Shown here piece by piece: positions 9,447-19,359 of a stretch of DNA of 64,000 nt. Each line of letters begins with the position of its first letter. The first letter of the stretch is position 1. This DNA is from Pseudomonas phage HPP-Temi, in sequence record PP968062.1; one strand, 5' to 3'. Under the pieces are notes generated by a model that saw nothing but the letters and a program-made list of their open reading frames with translations, did no database searches and had not been told where the DNA came from. Both the position numbers and the translations under genes were made by a program.

Positions 9447-9523
9447 TTATTTTCTCCAAATTGAACAAAAGATAGAACCACCGTGCTTTTACACACAGTG
9501 ATTCCATCTGATGCCAGGGTAAG

Positions 9524-9847
9524 TTACAAACGATCGTAAGCGTCGTTGAACGACTTTTCTATCGCCTTGAAGATATTCTCCTCGGCGTAGTTATCTACCC
9601 GTTTAGGTGTCATGAACGAAGAGTTGTTCGTGCCGCCCTTAGCTTGATCTTGCTGTGCTGGTAGCCAGTCAGGTACGTTACCTAGACCGATGTCGCGAGG
9701 AGTCAGTTCGTGCACGTTACCTTTTGCAAGGATGTGTCCGTTCAGACGATCGCGGCAACTGCGCAACAGGTTGAGAACGATATTGTTAAACTGACCAATA
9801 TTGTTCTTCAACTTATCAAGCTCAACGCGGAATACTGTCATAGTCAT
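9524..9847 (-). CDS. Small protein (107 aa) carrying a single tail-fibre repeat unit
   Basis: GHILAKGNVHELTPRDIGLGNVPDWLPAQQDQAKGGTNNSSFMTPKRV is near-identical in pattern to a repeat of the 762-aa fibre (NAHIAATGNVHGMVPKDIGLGNVPNYPAATPQQAVDPTNNSTLMTPYTV). Confidence 0.5.
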   Translation of the reverse strand: MTMTVFRVELDKLKNNIGQFNNIVLNLLRSCRDRLNGHILAKGNVHELTPRDIGLGNVPDWLPAQQDQAKGGTNNSSFMTPKRVDNYAEENIFKAIEKSFNDAYDRL

Positions 9848-9863
9848 CTTGAAAGTCTCCTAA

Positions 9864-12152
9864 TTAAGGGATCACGATTTCCGTCCCACCTTGCCAGATG
9901 AGAGCGTTAGTCGGAGAGTCACCCCAGAATTCTGCGTAGCCTAGGTTGTTCACAGTTACAGTGTAGCCGTTACCAGCAGCTGCACCATAGAAAGGTGCAG
10001 ACCCGTAAGGAATTTCCAACTGACCGTTTTCGTTACTACCGAATACTGCTACGTCTGTGTCCATGTTCTCAATGTTGGTAGGATCACGGCGGATCGAAAC
10101 AACGTGGTGTCCATATGTACCAGAGATAGAACTAACGTTAACAAGAGTATTCGCTTTTACGAACTTCTGATCTTTAGAAGACCATACGTCCAGAGTGGAG
10201 GTCACTTCAGTCAACTTGAAGGTCGGTGTATAAGTAATCTCGTACACACGGATACGTCCACCTGCCGGAGTGGTGGTGGAGTTAGTGCCGTAGAACACCA
10301 GATACTTAGAACCAAGGCGAATGTCACCAATTTTCCAACCACCGGTCAGCTGTGCAGCCAGAACCGGAGTTGCCGCAGCGACCCAATCAGCAGCACCGAT
10401 AGCAGTATAGGTCGGATCACCGGAAGCCGGAGTCTTCTCTACAATAGCCATCTTACGAGCATCGGCAAGTTCGGTAGCTACCCACATTTCGGTTACCATA
10501 TCGCTCTCGGCATAAACCTGGGTTACTGCTCCACCGGCGATCTTCATGATCTTACCTTCAACGGAGTCGGAACTCGGCTTGACCTGTACGTAGAGCTCGG
10601 TCTTAGAACCCCATATTGCGATCATTGCGTTAGCCTGATTGAAACCAGCACCGGCAGCCCAACCAGCAGGAATAACCAGCTTGGCAGAACCAGCGGAACG
10701 AATACCATCACCTTGCGACCAGGTACCGGCCTGATAATCATACACAGTCGGAACAAGATGGTAATCGGCGTCTTTCAAACTCAACCAAGTCCAGGCACCA
10801 CCTTTAACAGGAGTAGTCGGATAAGCAGCTTTACCAGCAGGCTCAGACATGTACATTGCATCAGCGGCACCGTTAAACAGTGCATATGCAGCGTAGCCAG
10901 ACTGAGCACCTTGGATCTTATTCATACGAGCTTTATCCTGTTCTCCAGGAGGAGTCGGATCATTGAAGCTAATATCGGCAGAAGATGTAATACCTTCCTG
11001 GATCTTAGCAGTCAGCTCTTTCAAGATACCATTGATATCATCGTTCGACGGGAACTTAGCTTCCCATTCAGCAGGAGTTTCTCCACCGAATGTATCCGCG
11101 TCGCCACCCGAACCACCACCAGCGGCGATCTTCTGATCGATCTCTTGCTTGGTATAGGTACCGATCTTACCCGGAGTGATATTGTGCGGGTTGTTATCGG
11201 TAAGGTGCTTGTTGAAATCAATGATCAATTGATCCAGACGCGGGTCACCTTGTACTGCTTGGATAAGCAGAGACACCGTATACGGAGTCATCAAGGTACT
11301 GTTGTTAGTCGGATCAACAGCCTGTTGTGGAGTTGCAGCAGGATAGTTGGGAACGTTACCCAGACCAATGTCTTTCGGAACCATTCCGTGAACGTTACCA
11401 GTTGCTGCAATGTGTGCGTTCAGAGGTTTCAGAGCATACTCTTGAATACCCAGAAGCATACCACGCGGATTTACAAACAGGTCATTACGGTTTGCGTCCT
11501 TGTGCTGTTGGTCCGTTGCCATCGAGAAGTTGGGAACGTTACCCAGAAGGACTTGGGTCTTGTTAACACGGTGAGGGTTATTAAAGTCTTTCAAGTGAGA
11601 CTCAGTGGTACCAGAAGCAGTAGCTTCCATGATATCACCAAGACGCTTCAGAGAATCGTTAATCTCTTTAGAACCCACCAGACTGTCGATCGGTTGATCG
11701 TGGTCAAGAGGCGGGAACGAGGCAGGGAGTACATCGATATTACCCCATGCACGAATCAGCGGGTTATACTGTCGACGAGACAGTTCCGCCAGAATAGCCT
11801 GATCGCTAAAGCCCCACTGCCCACCGATAGTCCGATAGTCAAGACGTGCTTGACCGGCGATAGAGCGTTTCATGAAGCGGATAGAACCAGCGATCGGTCG
11901 ACCAATAGAATCCATTGCTTCGATGAAACGGTGGCCGATCATGTAATCGATGCCTTCTACATACAGAGCACCGGTCTGGTTGTTCCGTACTTTAAGAGAG
12001 TCGACAAAGAAAGGGGCCGCTTTCGGAATAATGAAATAGTAATCGGTAGGGCCGGGTACTTGCAGGGTTTGCACTTCCCCTGTGATGAGGTTAGCGGGGT
12101 TTGTCCCGTGCAGATCCTCGTCATATAGACCAGTTGTACTAACGGTGGACAT
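9864..12152 (-). CDS. Large tail fibre-like protein, paralog 4 (762 aa)
   Basis: Same N-terminal domain as the three upstream paralogs; three NPH/NVH repeats (HLKDFNNPHRVNKTQVLLGNVPNFSMATDQQ; AHIAATGNVHGMVPKDIGLGNVPNYPAATPQQ; KHLTDNNPHNITPGKIGTYTKQEIDQ). Long C-terminal region, Gly/Ala/Thr-rich and probably beta-rich. Confidence 0.65.
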   Translation of the reverse strand: MSTVSTTGLYDEDLHGTNPANLITGEVQTLQVPGPTDYYFIIPKAAPFFVDSLKVRNNQTGALYVEGIDYMIGHRFIEAMDSIGRPIAGSIRFMKRSIAGQARLDYRTIGGQWGFSDQAILAELSRRQYNPLIRAWGNIDVLPASFPPLDHDQPIDSLVGSKEINDSLKRLGDIMEATASGTTESHLKDFNNPHRVNKTQVLLGNVPNFSMATDQQHKDANRNDLFVNPRGMLLGIQEYALKPLNAHIAATGNVHGMVPKDIGLGNVPNYPAATPQQAVDPTNNSTLMTPYTVSLLIQAVQGDPRLDQLIIDFNKHLTDNNPHNITPGKIGTYTKQEIDQKIAAGGGSGGDADTFGGETPAEWEAKFPSNDDINGILKELTAKIQEGITSSADISFNDPTPPGEQDKARMNKIQGAQSGYAAYALFNGAADAMYMSEPAGKAAYPTTPVKGGAWTWLSLKDADYHLVPTVYDYQAGTWSQGDGIRSAGSAKLVIPAGWAAGAGFNQANAMIAIWGSKTELYVQVKPSSDSVEGKIMKIAGGAVTQVYAESDMVTEMWVATELADARKMAIVEKTPASGDPTYTAIGAADWVAAATPVLAAQLTGGWKIGDIRLGSKYLVFYGTNSTTTPAGGRIRVYEITYTPTFKLTEVTSTLDVWSSKDQKFVKANTLVNVSSISGTYGHHVVSIRRDPTNIENMDTDVAVFGSNENGQLEIPYGSAPFYGAAAGNGYTVTVNNLGYAEFWGDSPTNALIWQGGTEIVIP

Positions 12153-12240
12153 CGCGCCCTCCTTTAAAGCGCTAGCGCGCGGTTGTTAGCGTAATGATGT
12201 GAAATTCACATAAGATTGTCCGATCTTTTCTAACGGAGAC

Positions 12241-13527
12241 ATGACAATGTACGTGCTTGTACGTTCTAGGTATCGCGCTAGTCGCCGAGGTGGTCGGTGG
12301 CAGGAAGCGGACTTTACAAATGAGCCAGTTACAACACTGGCTGCAAAATATGGGGATGTCTATCTCTACATCGAATATCCAGGCCAAGGCCAACCTGTAA
12401 CTAAAGCACTGCATTGGGTTAATGTTACTAACTGGTTGAATGGTGTTGGACCGGCAGTTACTGTTCAACAGTGGCTGACTTCTTTAGGGAATACCGCTCT
12501 TCCTTTTGATAAGGAACTCCCTAATGAGAAAATTCGTTTGGTGAAGTATGCCCAGGCATGGCACTGTGGCTATAATTTTACCCCGGTTGCTCGTGGTGGA
12601 CACCCTCTTGACCAAGGGAGTGACTTCCATAAGGAAGATCTCCTTATGACTCACCCGAAGCACCAACCGGCAAAGATCCGAGACTACTCGATGATCTCTG
12701 TCAACGGTTACTTCCATCTCTGTGACTATACCACTGCTGGTGTTCGTATTATCGATGGCAATACAACGCTTCGTAAATGTAACGATAACCAGATTGGTGT
12801 ATATAGCTTCGAGACTATCGGTAAGCTTCAGTTCGTACCTATCGTCGACAACATGATCAGTGGACTCAATCCTACTGCTCCTCTGTGGGACGGTGCTTAT
12901 CTTACTATGCCTGCCAATATCGACATCAAGAACAAAACTGTACTACTGGTTACTGGTGGTTATCTGAACGTTCTGTCGAGTGTGTATAACCGTGTTGGTG
13001 AAAGGACCTGGCGAGTACAGTTCGGGAACATGATGTTCTTGGATCGTTATTTGGAATCCTATCACGCTATGGATTTGTCTTCCCTTGGGTTGACTATTGA
13101 TCCAGAGAACCCGACTCTATTCAATGTCGATGAACTTAAAGATAACGAAGTCATTCGCAAGTACCTGACCTTGAGTCAGAGCTTCTTTGTGATCGTTGAT
13201 TCTATTTCGTTCTTCCAAGAGTACGAAGCAATTGAGTATCTCAATCTACCTGGCCGTTATTTTGATAACAAATACGATCGTGCTCCTCTGGTTGGCGCGT
13301 ACGGTAGAATGCTAGATTATCACACCATCAAAGAACCTCATAAGGAGGGTATCTATCCTCAACATGAGAATATGTACGTTTACTGTGCTGTGTTGAACCG
13401 TCGGAATGCTTACGATGCAAATACACGCGCATGGCCTAAACAACAGTCTGTAGATGGTGGTCGTTATCCAGCTCATCCGTATCGCGATGAGACGGCATAT
13501 TACCGTATTCTCGGTGTTGAAGGCTAA
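12241..13527 (+). CDS. Hypothetical protein (428 aa), lone plus-strand gene between fibre array and portal
   Basis: Long ORF, followed by a bidirectional terminator hairpin at 13539-13557. Confidence 0.55.
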   Translation: MTMYVLVRSRYRASRRGGRWQEADFTNEPVTTLAAKYGDVYLYIEYPGQGQPVTKALHWVNVTNWLNGVGPAVTVQQWLTSLGNTALPFDKELPNEKIRLVKYAQAWHCGYNFTPVARGGHPLDQGSDFHKEDLLMTHPKHQPAKIRDYSMISVNGYFHLCDYTTAGVRIIDGNTTLRKCNDNQIGVYSFETIGKLQFVPIVDNMISGLNPTAPLWDGAYLTMPANIDIKNKTVLLVTGGYLNVLSSVYNRVGERTWRVQFGNMMFLDRYLESYHAMDLSSLGLTIDPENPTLFNVDELKDNEVIRKYLTLSQSFFVIVDSISFFQEYEAIEYLNLPGRYFDNKYDRAPLVGAYGRMLDYHTIKEPHKEGIYPQHENMYVYCAVLNRRNAYDANTRAWPKQQSVDGGRYPAHPYRDETAYYRILGVEG

Positions 13528-13538
13528 GACAACATATT

Positions 13539-13557
13539 GCCCGGCTCAAGGCCGGGC
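13539..13557. terminator. Bidirectional terminator hairpin between convergent genes (GCCCGGC tcaag GCCGGGC), followed by TTTATGTCG
   Basis: Perfect 7-bp GC stem between the stop of 12241..13527 (+) and the stop of 13567..16293 (-). Confidence 0.6.
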
Positions 13558-13566
13558 TTTATGTCG

Positions 13567-16293
13567 TTAGCGGAAGTCAGATGTATCTTCTTCTTCCTCT
13601 TCATCCTTTTCAGCAGCCGCCATCGGATCTTCAAGACCTTCAGGGTTAGGCTTATCTTCAGGATTGACGTCTTCAGAAGGACTATCACTAAAATCCATGT
13701 CGTCTTCTGGGGTATCGGTAGGTGTATCACCAGTGCCGCCATCAACACCCAGATCGGTTTGATCGTCAGGCATATCGGAGAACGAGTCATCTTGTCCACC
13801 GGTATCAGAACTATCGTCACCACCTGCGTTCCAATCACCGCCACCTCCACCACCCATGTCGTCAGCACCTTCAATGGTGGACTTATATTTGGCTTCGAGG
13901 CGTTTCTTGGATTCTTGTTGATGCTTAGCGTAACTAAGGATTGCAGAACCCACAGTTTCCTGTTGTACGTTCAGCCAGTCAAGCAGGCTGAACGCAGGCT
14001 TATCCCCATCCATCTCTGTAAGGACGTTAAGTTCCGGAAGGATATTGTGGGTAGCCATGAACTTACGTTTAAACAGGGCTTTAAGCTGAACCATCACTTG
14101 GTCAGACAGACCGGGAATAGAAGTGAACTCATCAGGGAAGAGCTCGCTAGTGATGTAGTTTTCGAGACCCATAGTCAGCAGTCGATCGTAAGCATCCATC
14201 GATTCAGCTTGACGTTCATGTTGAGTGTTGTCCGGTGCAGGCAGGGATACTTCAATTGCCGTAATGAACTCATCAACTACTTCTTCTACAGTTAGCGGTT
14301 TAAGCTCAGGAGAAGTGAGCATGTCAACATTGTCTTGAACGATCTTGTACATTTGGTTACGCAGGATAGAGCTGTGCGTTACAAACGACTTAACGAACTT
14401 AGATAGGTGTTGGCAGAACGCCTTTTGTTTCTCTTTAACACGACGGGACATTACCAGGTCGTTTTGCACAACAGAGGTAGCGAAGTCAGGAGAAGACATC
14501 GGGTCCACTTTCTCCGGAGGAACGCCCATACCGGAAATGTGCATACGGCGCAGGCGATCCTGAAGATCAGGGTTACCAGCGTTGACGTTAGTATTGTAGT
14601 CGTCGTATTGTACTTTGGTCTCTGCGTAGTCAGCACCGTTAGTGTTGATCTCAAAGTCAAAGCCCGAACGAATCAGGTGATCCATTGCCTGAGTGGGGTC
14701 AGGTGCAGCCAGAGGGAAACTCCGGTGAGCGGATTCCATGATGTTCGATTGAATGTTACTGATCGTTTGTTCCGGGTCAGTATCATCCGGGTCTAGAGTA
14801 ATGCTAACACGTTTACGACCTACTGCGTTACGCATACCACCAATAGCTTCTGCCATCAACAGAGTAGAACGCATGGTTGCGATTACTTTCGAACGAGACA
14901 GCAGGGTTTCACCAATACCGTTTTCGTTATAGTCGAATGCAATATAAACCAGAAGCTCGGCTGGAATGAATACCAGTTGGGTGTGTTTAGCTTTCCAGGA
15001 GCGGTACAACATGATCCGTTGGATTTCTTCAGTCAGACCGATTTCAATCTCTTGGTCATACATGCCGTTACGTAGACGGTTATTTAGATCGTTTACGATA
15101 ATGGCGTTATATGTTTGTTGGATCTCATCCACTTCGAAGTCTTGCTTAGAAGTGTTAGCACCCATTGCTTCCCGAGTAAGACGAAGAACCTCAGAACTGT
15201 TGTCGTTGTTCTTACCACCTTTCCATCCCGATTGGAGTTCGCCGTAGAAGTCACGTGTCGAATCCTTAGAGAGAGGGTAGCCATGTTGGTCGACTAGGAG
15301 GAAATAACCGATGTGTTCATGAGGTCGCCCTTGAATGAATACCGGAACAATAGACTCCATTGGCAAAGGCAGAGTCAGCGGATGACCTACCGATGGACGG
15401 TTCATGTACTTAGGCGAAGTAATTACCTGAGTGTGTTCAGTACCACCCAGACGATTTTGATACAGTTGTTCAATCTCTGCGTTACCGAACTTGTGGACAG
15501 CATTCTCCATAGAGATCTGATTACCACGAAGCTTACGAGCAATGTTCATTTCACGAACACGCTGAGACATAGACGGGACTTTGAGGATATTGAAATTGTC
15601 GGTTACAGTGAGTAGCTTGTCACCGCGAATACGGTTAACAGAAGCATTATCATGGTAACCTTCCAGAGAGATATTGTTCTTCTCAGGATGACCTAAGAAA
15701 CCAAGGTTTTCAGTCGTGGTGTTTTGGACACGATCTCTAATAGAAGAAAAGGTTTCCATCGACACCTGACGACGACCATTGATAAGGTTATCTAGAACGT
15801 TCTCTGGGAGAACTGCAAGAATCGAAGCCCCTTTACGGAACAAGCAATCCCGAAGGATCAGGTCCAGGCGGTCGTTAATCTTATAGTCTCGTTTAAAGTA
15901 CGTTTCAACTGGCTCTAACAATAGCTTAGAAATTTCACTATCAAAGATAGCTGGGTCGATAGCAAATGTAAGGTCCGTATCCGAAAGTGCTTTAGGATCG
16001 ATGATACTACCGACATATACAGTTTCTACCAGCTCTAAGTCTGGCAGCAATTGCATAATAGAGTCGGAGTCAACGATCTCTTGCAAAGTATCACGCGACA
16101 CCTTATCTAATGTGAAACGGTTTACGTTCACACGAGGCTTAGCTGCTTCGCTGCCAATTGCGTTCGGGTCCTTACGCAACAGGTTGAGGAGGGCGTTAGT
16201 CGGAGTTGCTTTCGATCCTAGTCGGAGCGTTTGCAACTTTGGGTACGCTACCTCATTCGTTTGTCGAGCCATTTGAAGCTCCTCGTTTAACAA
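13567..16293 (-). CDS. Large virion protein (908 aa) with poly-Gly/Asp/Glu acidic C-terminal tail; putative portal protein
   Basis: Size and position (about nine genes from the putative major capsid gene, as in phiKZ gp120-gp129 from memory). C-terminus DDMGGGGGGDWNAGGDDSSDTGGQDDSFSDMPDD...EKDEEEEEDTSDFR. No diagnostic motif; the portal call is an inference. Confidence 0.4.
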   Translation of the reverse strand: MLNEELQMARQTNEVAYPKLQTLRLGSKATPTNALLNLLRKDPNAIGSEAAKPRVNVNRFTLDKVSRDTLQEIVDSDSIMQLLPDLELVETVYVGSIIDPKALSDTDLTFAIDPAIFDSEISKLLLEPVETYFKRDYKINDRLDLILRDCLFRKGASILAVLPENVLDNLINGRRQVSMETFSSIRDRVQNTTTENLGFLGHPEKNNISLEGYHDNASVNRIRGDKLLTVTDNFNILKVPSMSQRVREMNIARKLRGNQISMENAVHKFGNAEIEQLYQNRLGGTEHTQVITSPKYMNRPSVGHPLTLPLPMESIVPVFIQGRPHEHIGYFLLVDQHGYPLSKDSTRDFYGELQSGWKGGKNNDNSSEVLRLTREAMGANTSKQDFEVDEIQQTYNAIIVNDLNNRLRNGMYDQEIEIGLTEEIQRIMLYRSWKAKHTQLVFIPAELLVYIAFDYNENGIGETLLSRSKVIATMRSTLLMAEAIGGMRNAVGRKRVSITLDPDDTDPEQTISNIQSNIMESAHRSFPLAAPDPTQAMDHLIRSGFDFEINTNGADYAETKVQYDDYNTNVNAGNPDLQDRLRRMHISGMGVPPEKVDPMSSPDFATSVVQNDLVMSRRVKEKQKAFCQHLSKFVKSFVTHSSILRNQMYKIVQDNVDMLTSPELKPLTVEEVVDEFITAIEVSLPAPDNTQHERQAESMDAYDRLLTMGLENYITSELFPDEFTSIPGLSDQVMVQLKALFKRKFMATHNILPELNVLTEMDGDKPAFSLLDWLNVQQETVGSAILSYAKHQQESKKRLEAKYKSTIEGADDMGGGGGGDWNAGGDDSSDTGGQDDSFSDMPDDQTDLGVDGGTGDTPTDTPEDDMDFSDSPSEDVNPEDKPNPEGLEDPMAAAEKDEEEEEDTSDFR

Positions 16294-16307
16294 GTGAGTA
16301 AATTACC

Positions 16308-18476
16308 ATGAGTAGCATGTATTTTGGAGTTTACCGTGACGATGTCATGCGACTAGCAAGGTCGGTGATTATCAAGTTTTCTGAAATCGCGAATCAGATT
16401 AATTCCCGGCTTAAAGAAGTCGGTCACGAAGCTGATCCAGCACGACCGGAAACTTGGAAATATTACAAGAACCTTGCTGGTGAATATCATGAAACAGATG
16501 TCATGATGACCGTGCGTTCCGCGGATACTCTTGAAATAATCGATTTCACAAAAGAAAATCTGGCGCTTCACCGCGCTACTGCGCGAGAGTATATTCCGGG
16601 TAGCGTTCTGTATAACAGTCTCGTAAGACAGTTCCCAGAACAGGCCGGTTTGATCACCGGAATCCTATATCCAATTGACATCCAAACGGCAATAGATTCA
16701 AATGATGGGGATATTTTGTACTTTGATCCGAAGTATGTGGAGGATAACGAATACTCGTTCTTCCATCAACTACAATCGTGGGTCAACGTATTTATCACCC
16801 GGTGGTATAACGCTCAGTTTAACTTGACTGACGATCTATACCTTGCAAACTTCCTTGGGCACCTTTATACAAGGTTGCCTGTAGCGATTATGTTGATTCG
16901 TCTACGTAATGCCAAGACTAATGAAGCACACAGTTATCACGTAACCGAGTATCTCGCCTCGCACCAAGGCTTGGATGAATTCATTCCTTATCTCTCTCTG
17001 GAGCAACGCTTGTGGCTCTACCGGAACATTGCCTTCCTGGAACGTAACGCCGGTAAGAAAGAGATTTGGCAACGGCTGGTTAAGAATATTCTGACTCCCC
17101 GCGGTATTCCGCTTATTAGCTTCACCATTGAGCAGAACAGTTCCAAGATGCCTGAACAACATCGACCATCCGTGGACATGGTTAAGCACGACGTTAACTT
17201 CCCGATCGTTCAAGAAGGCCAAGAGACCACTACGGTAGCTGACGTACTGGAACGTGAAGACGATCTAGCCCGTGAGAACCCGTTAGTACGCTTTGATGCT
17301 GAACAAGAGATCACTGATAAGATGGGCTCTGATCAGTACAGTTGGCTTCGTACTAAAGTGCTGGACTCTGAGGTCATTGACCGTTCGAATAGTTCTGTAC
17401 GTTCTCTCATGAGCGTTCTACTTAATGAGTGGTTGCATCTGGCTTCTAGCGACAAATATCGTGCTTATGTTCAGATCCCTAACCCAAGGACCGGCGAGTT
17501 CATGACCATGACTGTAAAGGATGCGTTCATCGTAATGCTTTACACTTATGCCAAAGCTCGTGATATCCCAACGGATAACATTCCTAGTCTTGTGGCCTAT
17601 GAGGTTCTTCGTGACAAGCTTCCGACGTTTGCTGAACTACGTCCTGCTGTAGATAAACGGATCGTTAAAGATAAGTTGATCACAGCTGTACAGGATATGG
17701 TTACTCCGATGGGTAACTATATCTCTACCGAACAGTTCTACTTGGATTGCGTGCGGTTGCATAAGGAATACCTATTGCAATGGGAGATGTATTCGTTCCA
17801 AGAACACCCAGCTGGACGTTCCTATTGCGAGCAACTGGTTAAGTTCCATTACATGCACCGGATGTGTAAATTAGCTCCTCCGAATACTAAGTTCGAAGAC
17901 TACTTCAAGAAGGCGTCGTTTGATATTCTTAATCTGAATAAGACCGAAGCTGAACAAATGTGCATGGACTGTATCAACATTGCAACTGGTTCTAACTTGG
18001 TACGTGTGATTACTCTGGGTGAGGTTCAACGTGAGCTGCTTCGTCTGATGGGTCGTCTGTCCAGCTATCCGCTTCAGTATTTACGTAATGTTAGCTTCAC
18101 TGATTTCCATATCCTCGGTATGGTTGTGCCGCGCGTAGGCGATATCAGTGTAGACGCAGCCGGTAACTATATTTGTAACGTTGCTGTACAGAACGTTAAA
18201 GCTTATCGCACTCAGGCCGGACATACTTACCGCATTGTGGATGACTCGACATCACCGTATGTTGATTATGTTTATTCTCAGTACGACAAGTTCTGGATAA
18301 ATCCATTTGTAGAAGTACGTGATCTCAGTTATGCTAATGCTCACTACTATATCCCTGTTAACGGTGTAAACGTTTCGAACGTGGTTATCGAAACCATTGA
18401 CAATCCGAATACCACTGGTGATCTGGATAACTACAAGAACTCCACTGATCCAGCTTGGCCCAAACTTAAGGAGTAA
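16308..18476 (+). CDS. Hypothetical protein (722 aa), probable virion/structural component
   Basis: Long ORF, first gene of a three-gene plus-strand operon (16308-19794) that ends at a terminator. Confidence 0.55.
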   Translation: MSSMYFGVYRDDVMRLARSVIIKFSEIANQINSRLKEVGHEADPARPETWKYYKNLAGEYHETDVMMTVRSADTLEIIDFTKENLALHRATAREYIPGSVLYNSLVRQFPEQAGLITGILYPIDIQTAIDSNDGDILYFDPKYVEDNEYSFFHQLQSWVNVFITRWYNAQFNLTDDLYLANFLGHLYTRLPVAIMLIRLRNAKTNEAHSYHVTEYLASHQGLDEFIPYLSLEQRLWLYRNIAFLERNAGKKEIWQRLVKNILTPRGIPLISFTIEQNSSKMPEQHRPSVDMVKHDVNFPIVQEGQETTTVADVLEREDDLARENPLVRFDAEQEITDKMGSDQYSWLRTKVLDSEVIDRSNSSVRSLMSVLLNEWLHLASSDKYRAYVQIPNPRTGEFMTMTVKDAFIVMLYTYAKARDIPTDNIPSLVAYEVLRDKLPTFAELRPAVDKRIVKDKLITAVQDMVTPMGNYISTEQFYLDCVRLHKEYLLQWEMYSFQEHPAGRSYCEQLVKFHYMHRMCKLAPPNTKFEDYFKKASFDILNLNKTEAEQMCMDCINIATGSNLVRVITLGEVQRELLRLMGRLSSYPLQYLRNVSFTDFHILGMVVPRVGDISVDAAGNYICNVAVQNVKAYRTQAGHTYRIVDDSTSPYVDYVYSQYDKFWINPFVEVRDLSYANAHYYIPVNGVNVSNVVIETIDNPNTTGDLDNYKNSTDPAWPKLKE

Positions 18477-18478
18477 TC

Positions 18479-19357
18479 ATGTACATCACGAGAGACTACC
18501 TCCAGTCTACTCCTTGGACATCCATCATTGACATGATTAATGATGCTTGTTTTACCCAGCTGTTTCCGGGTAGTACCAAGCTTGAGAAGTTCGAACCTTT
18601 GAATGGGACCAAGACTCGTATTGTCATTAGTGTTAATCGCAGTGAGGCTCCCGGCAATCTGTTGCCGGAAGTCCCGCTCGATACTTATACGTACGATAGA
18701 CTGGATCTAACTACGTTCTTCCGTCAAACTCAAGTTCTGGATATTTCCGGGATTGATGTTCCATTCTCCTCGATGGATATCGTAGAGAAGCTATCGGAGT
18801 TGAACAACATTGTTTTTGATGTGGATGACTTCGAACACACTGAGTATAATGTCTTCAATCAAGAGTTCATTCTACGGGCTAACAAAGAGTCTCTACGTTT
18901 CGTGGGGTTCTTAAGAGTACGTCTTATCAATACAATCCGTGTTGATCTTTCTGTACAATCCAAGGTTGAATTCCCTACCGTAGGTAAACCAGACAACGTT
19001 ACTGCTGGTGACGTTACTCTAATCAATGGGACCTACTACATCACTGGTTATGACTTCTCTGCACATAGAGAATACCTACGTCATCAGACTAAGGCTGGTA
19101 CACATCCAGATCCTAAGAAGATGGCAGCTATTCTCGCTGAGGTGACGAAGAAGCCTTGGACTGCGGTAAAGACACCAGCTTCGCACAACATCGCTTATAC
19201 AGAAGAATTCGGGGTATTAAAGTATCGCGTCATTTATAACGGTGTCGTACTTCCACGCTTCACTAAGCGGACTGATATTCAAAACGTTCTAGTCATCGAA
19301 CTGCACAAGACTCTGTGTCAAGATGTGGTTGGTGAAATTCGTATTCACTATAACTAG
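18479..19357 (+). CDS. Hypothetical protein (292 aa)
   Basis: Tightly coupled to the upstream gene (start 3 nt after its stop). Confidence 0.55.
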   Translation: MYITRDYLQSTPWTSIIDMINDACFTQLFPGSTKLEKFEPLNGTKTRIVISVNRSEAPGNLLPEVPLDTYTYDRLDLTTFFRQTQVLDISGIDVPFSSMDIVEKLSELNNIVFDVDDFEHTEYNVFNQEFILRANKESLRFVGFLRVRLINTIRVDLSVQSKVEFPTVGKPDNVTAGDVTLINGTYYITGYDFSAHREYLRHQTKAGTHPDPKKMAAILAEVTKKPWTAVKTPASHNIAYTEEFGVLKYRVIYNGVVLPRFTKRTDIQNVLVIELHKTLCQDVVGEIRIHYN

Positions 19358-19359
19358 GA

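Noticed and set aside
10104-12128. 674-aa plus-strand ORF
   Set aside because: Lies entirely antisense to the 762-aa tail-fibre gene. Ser/Arg/Thr-rich low-complexity translation typical of the complementary strand of a GC-skewed gene; no start context.
13558-13563. Interpreting TTTATG after hairpins as a simple strand-specific late promoter
   Set aside because: The motif usually occurs as both arms of an extended palindrome (CATAAAG...CTTTATG) and is sometimes on the non-gene side only (e.g., 21644-21668). A strict downstream-of-terminator promoter model is therefore not supported by the sequence alone; kept as a hypothesis inside a finding.
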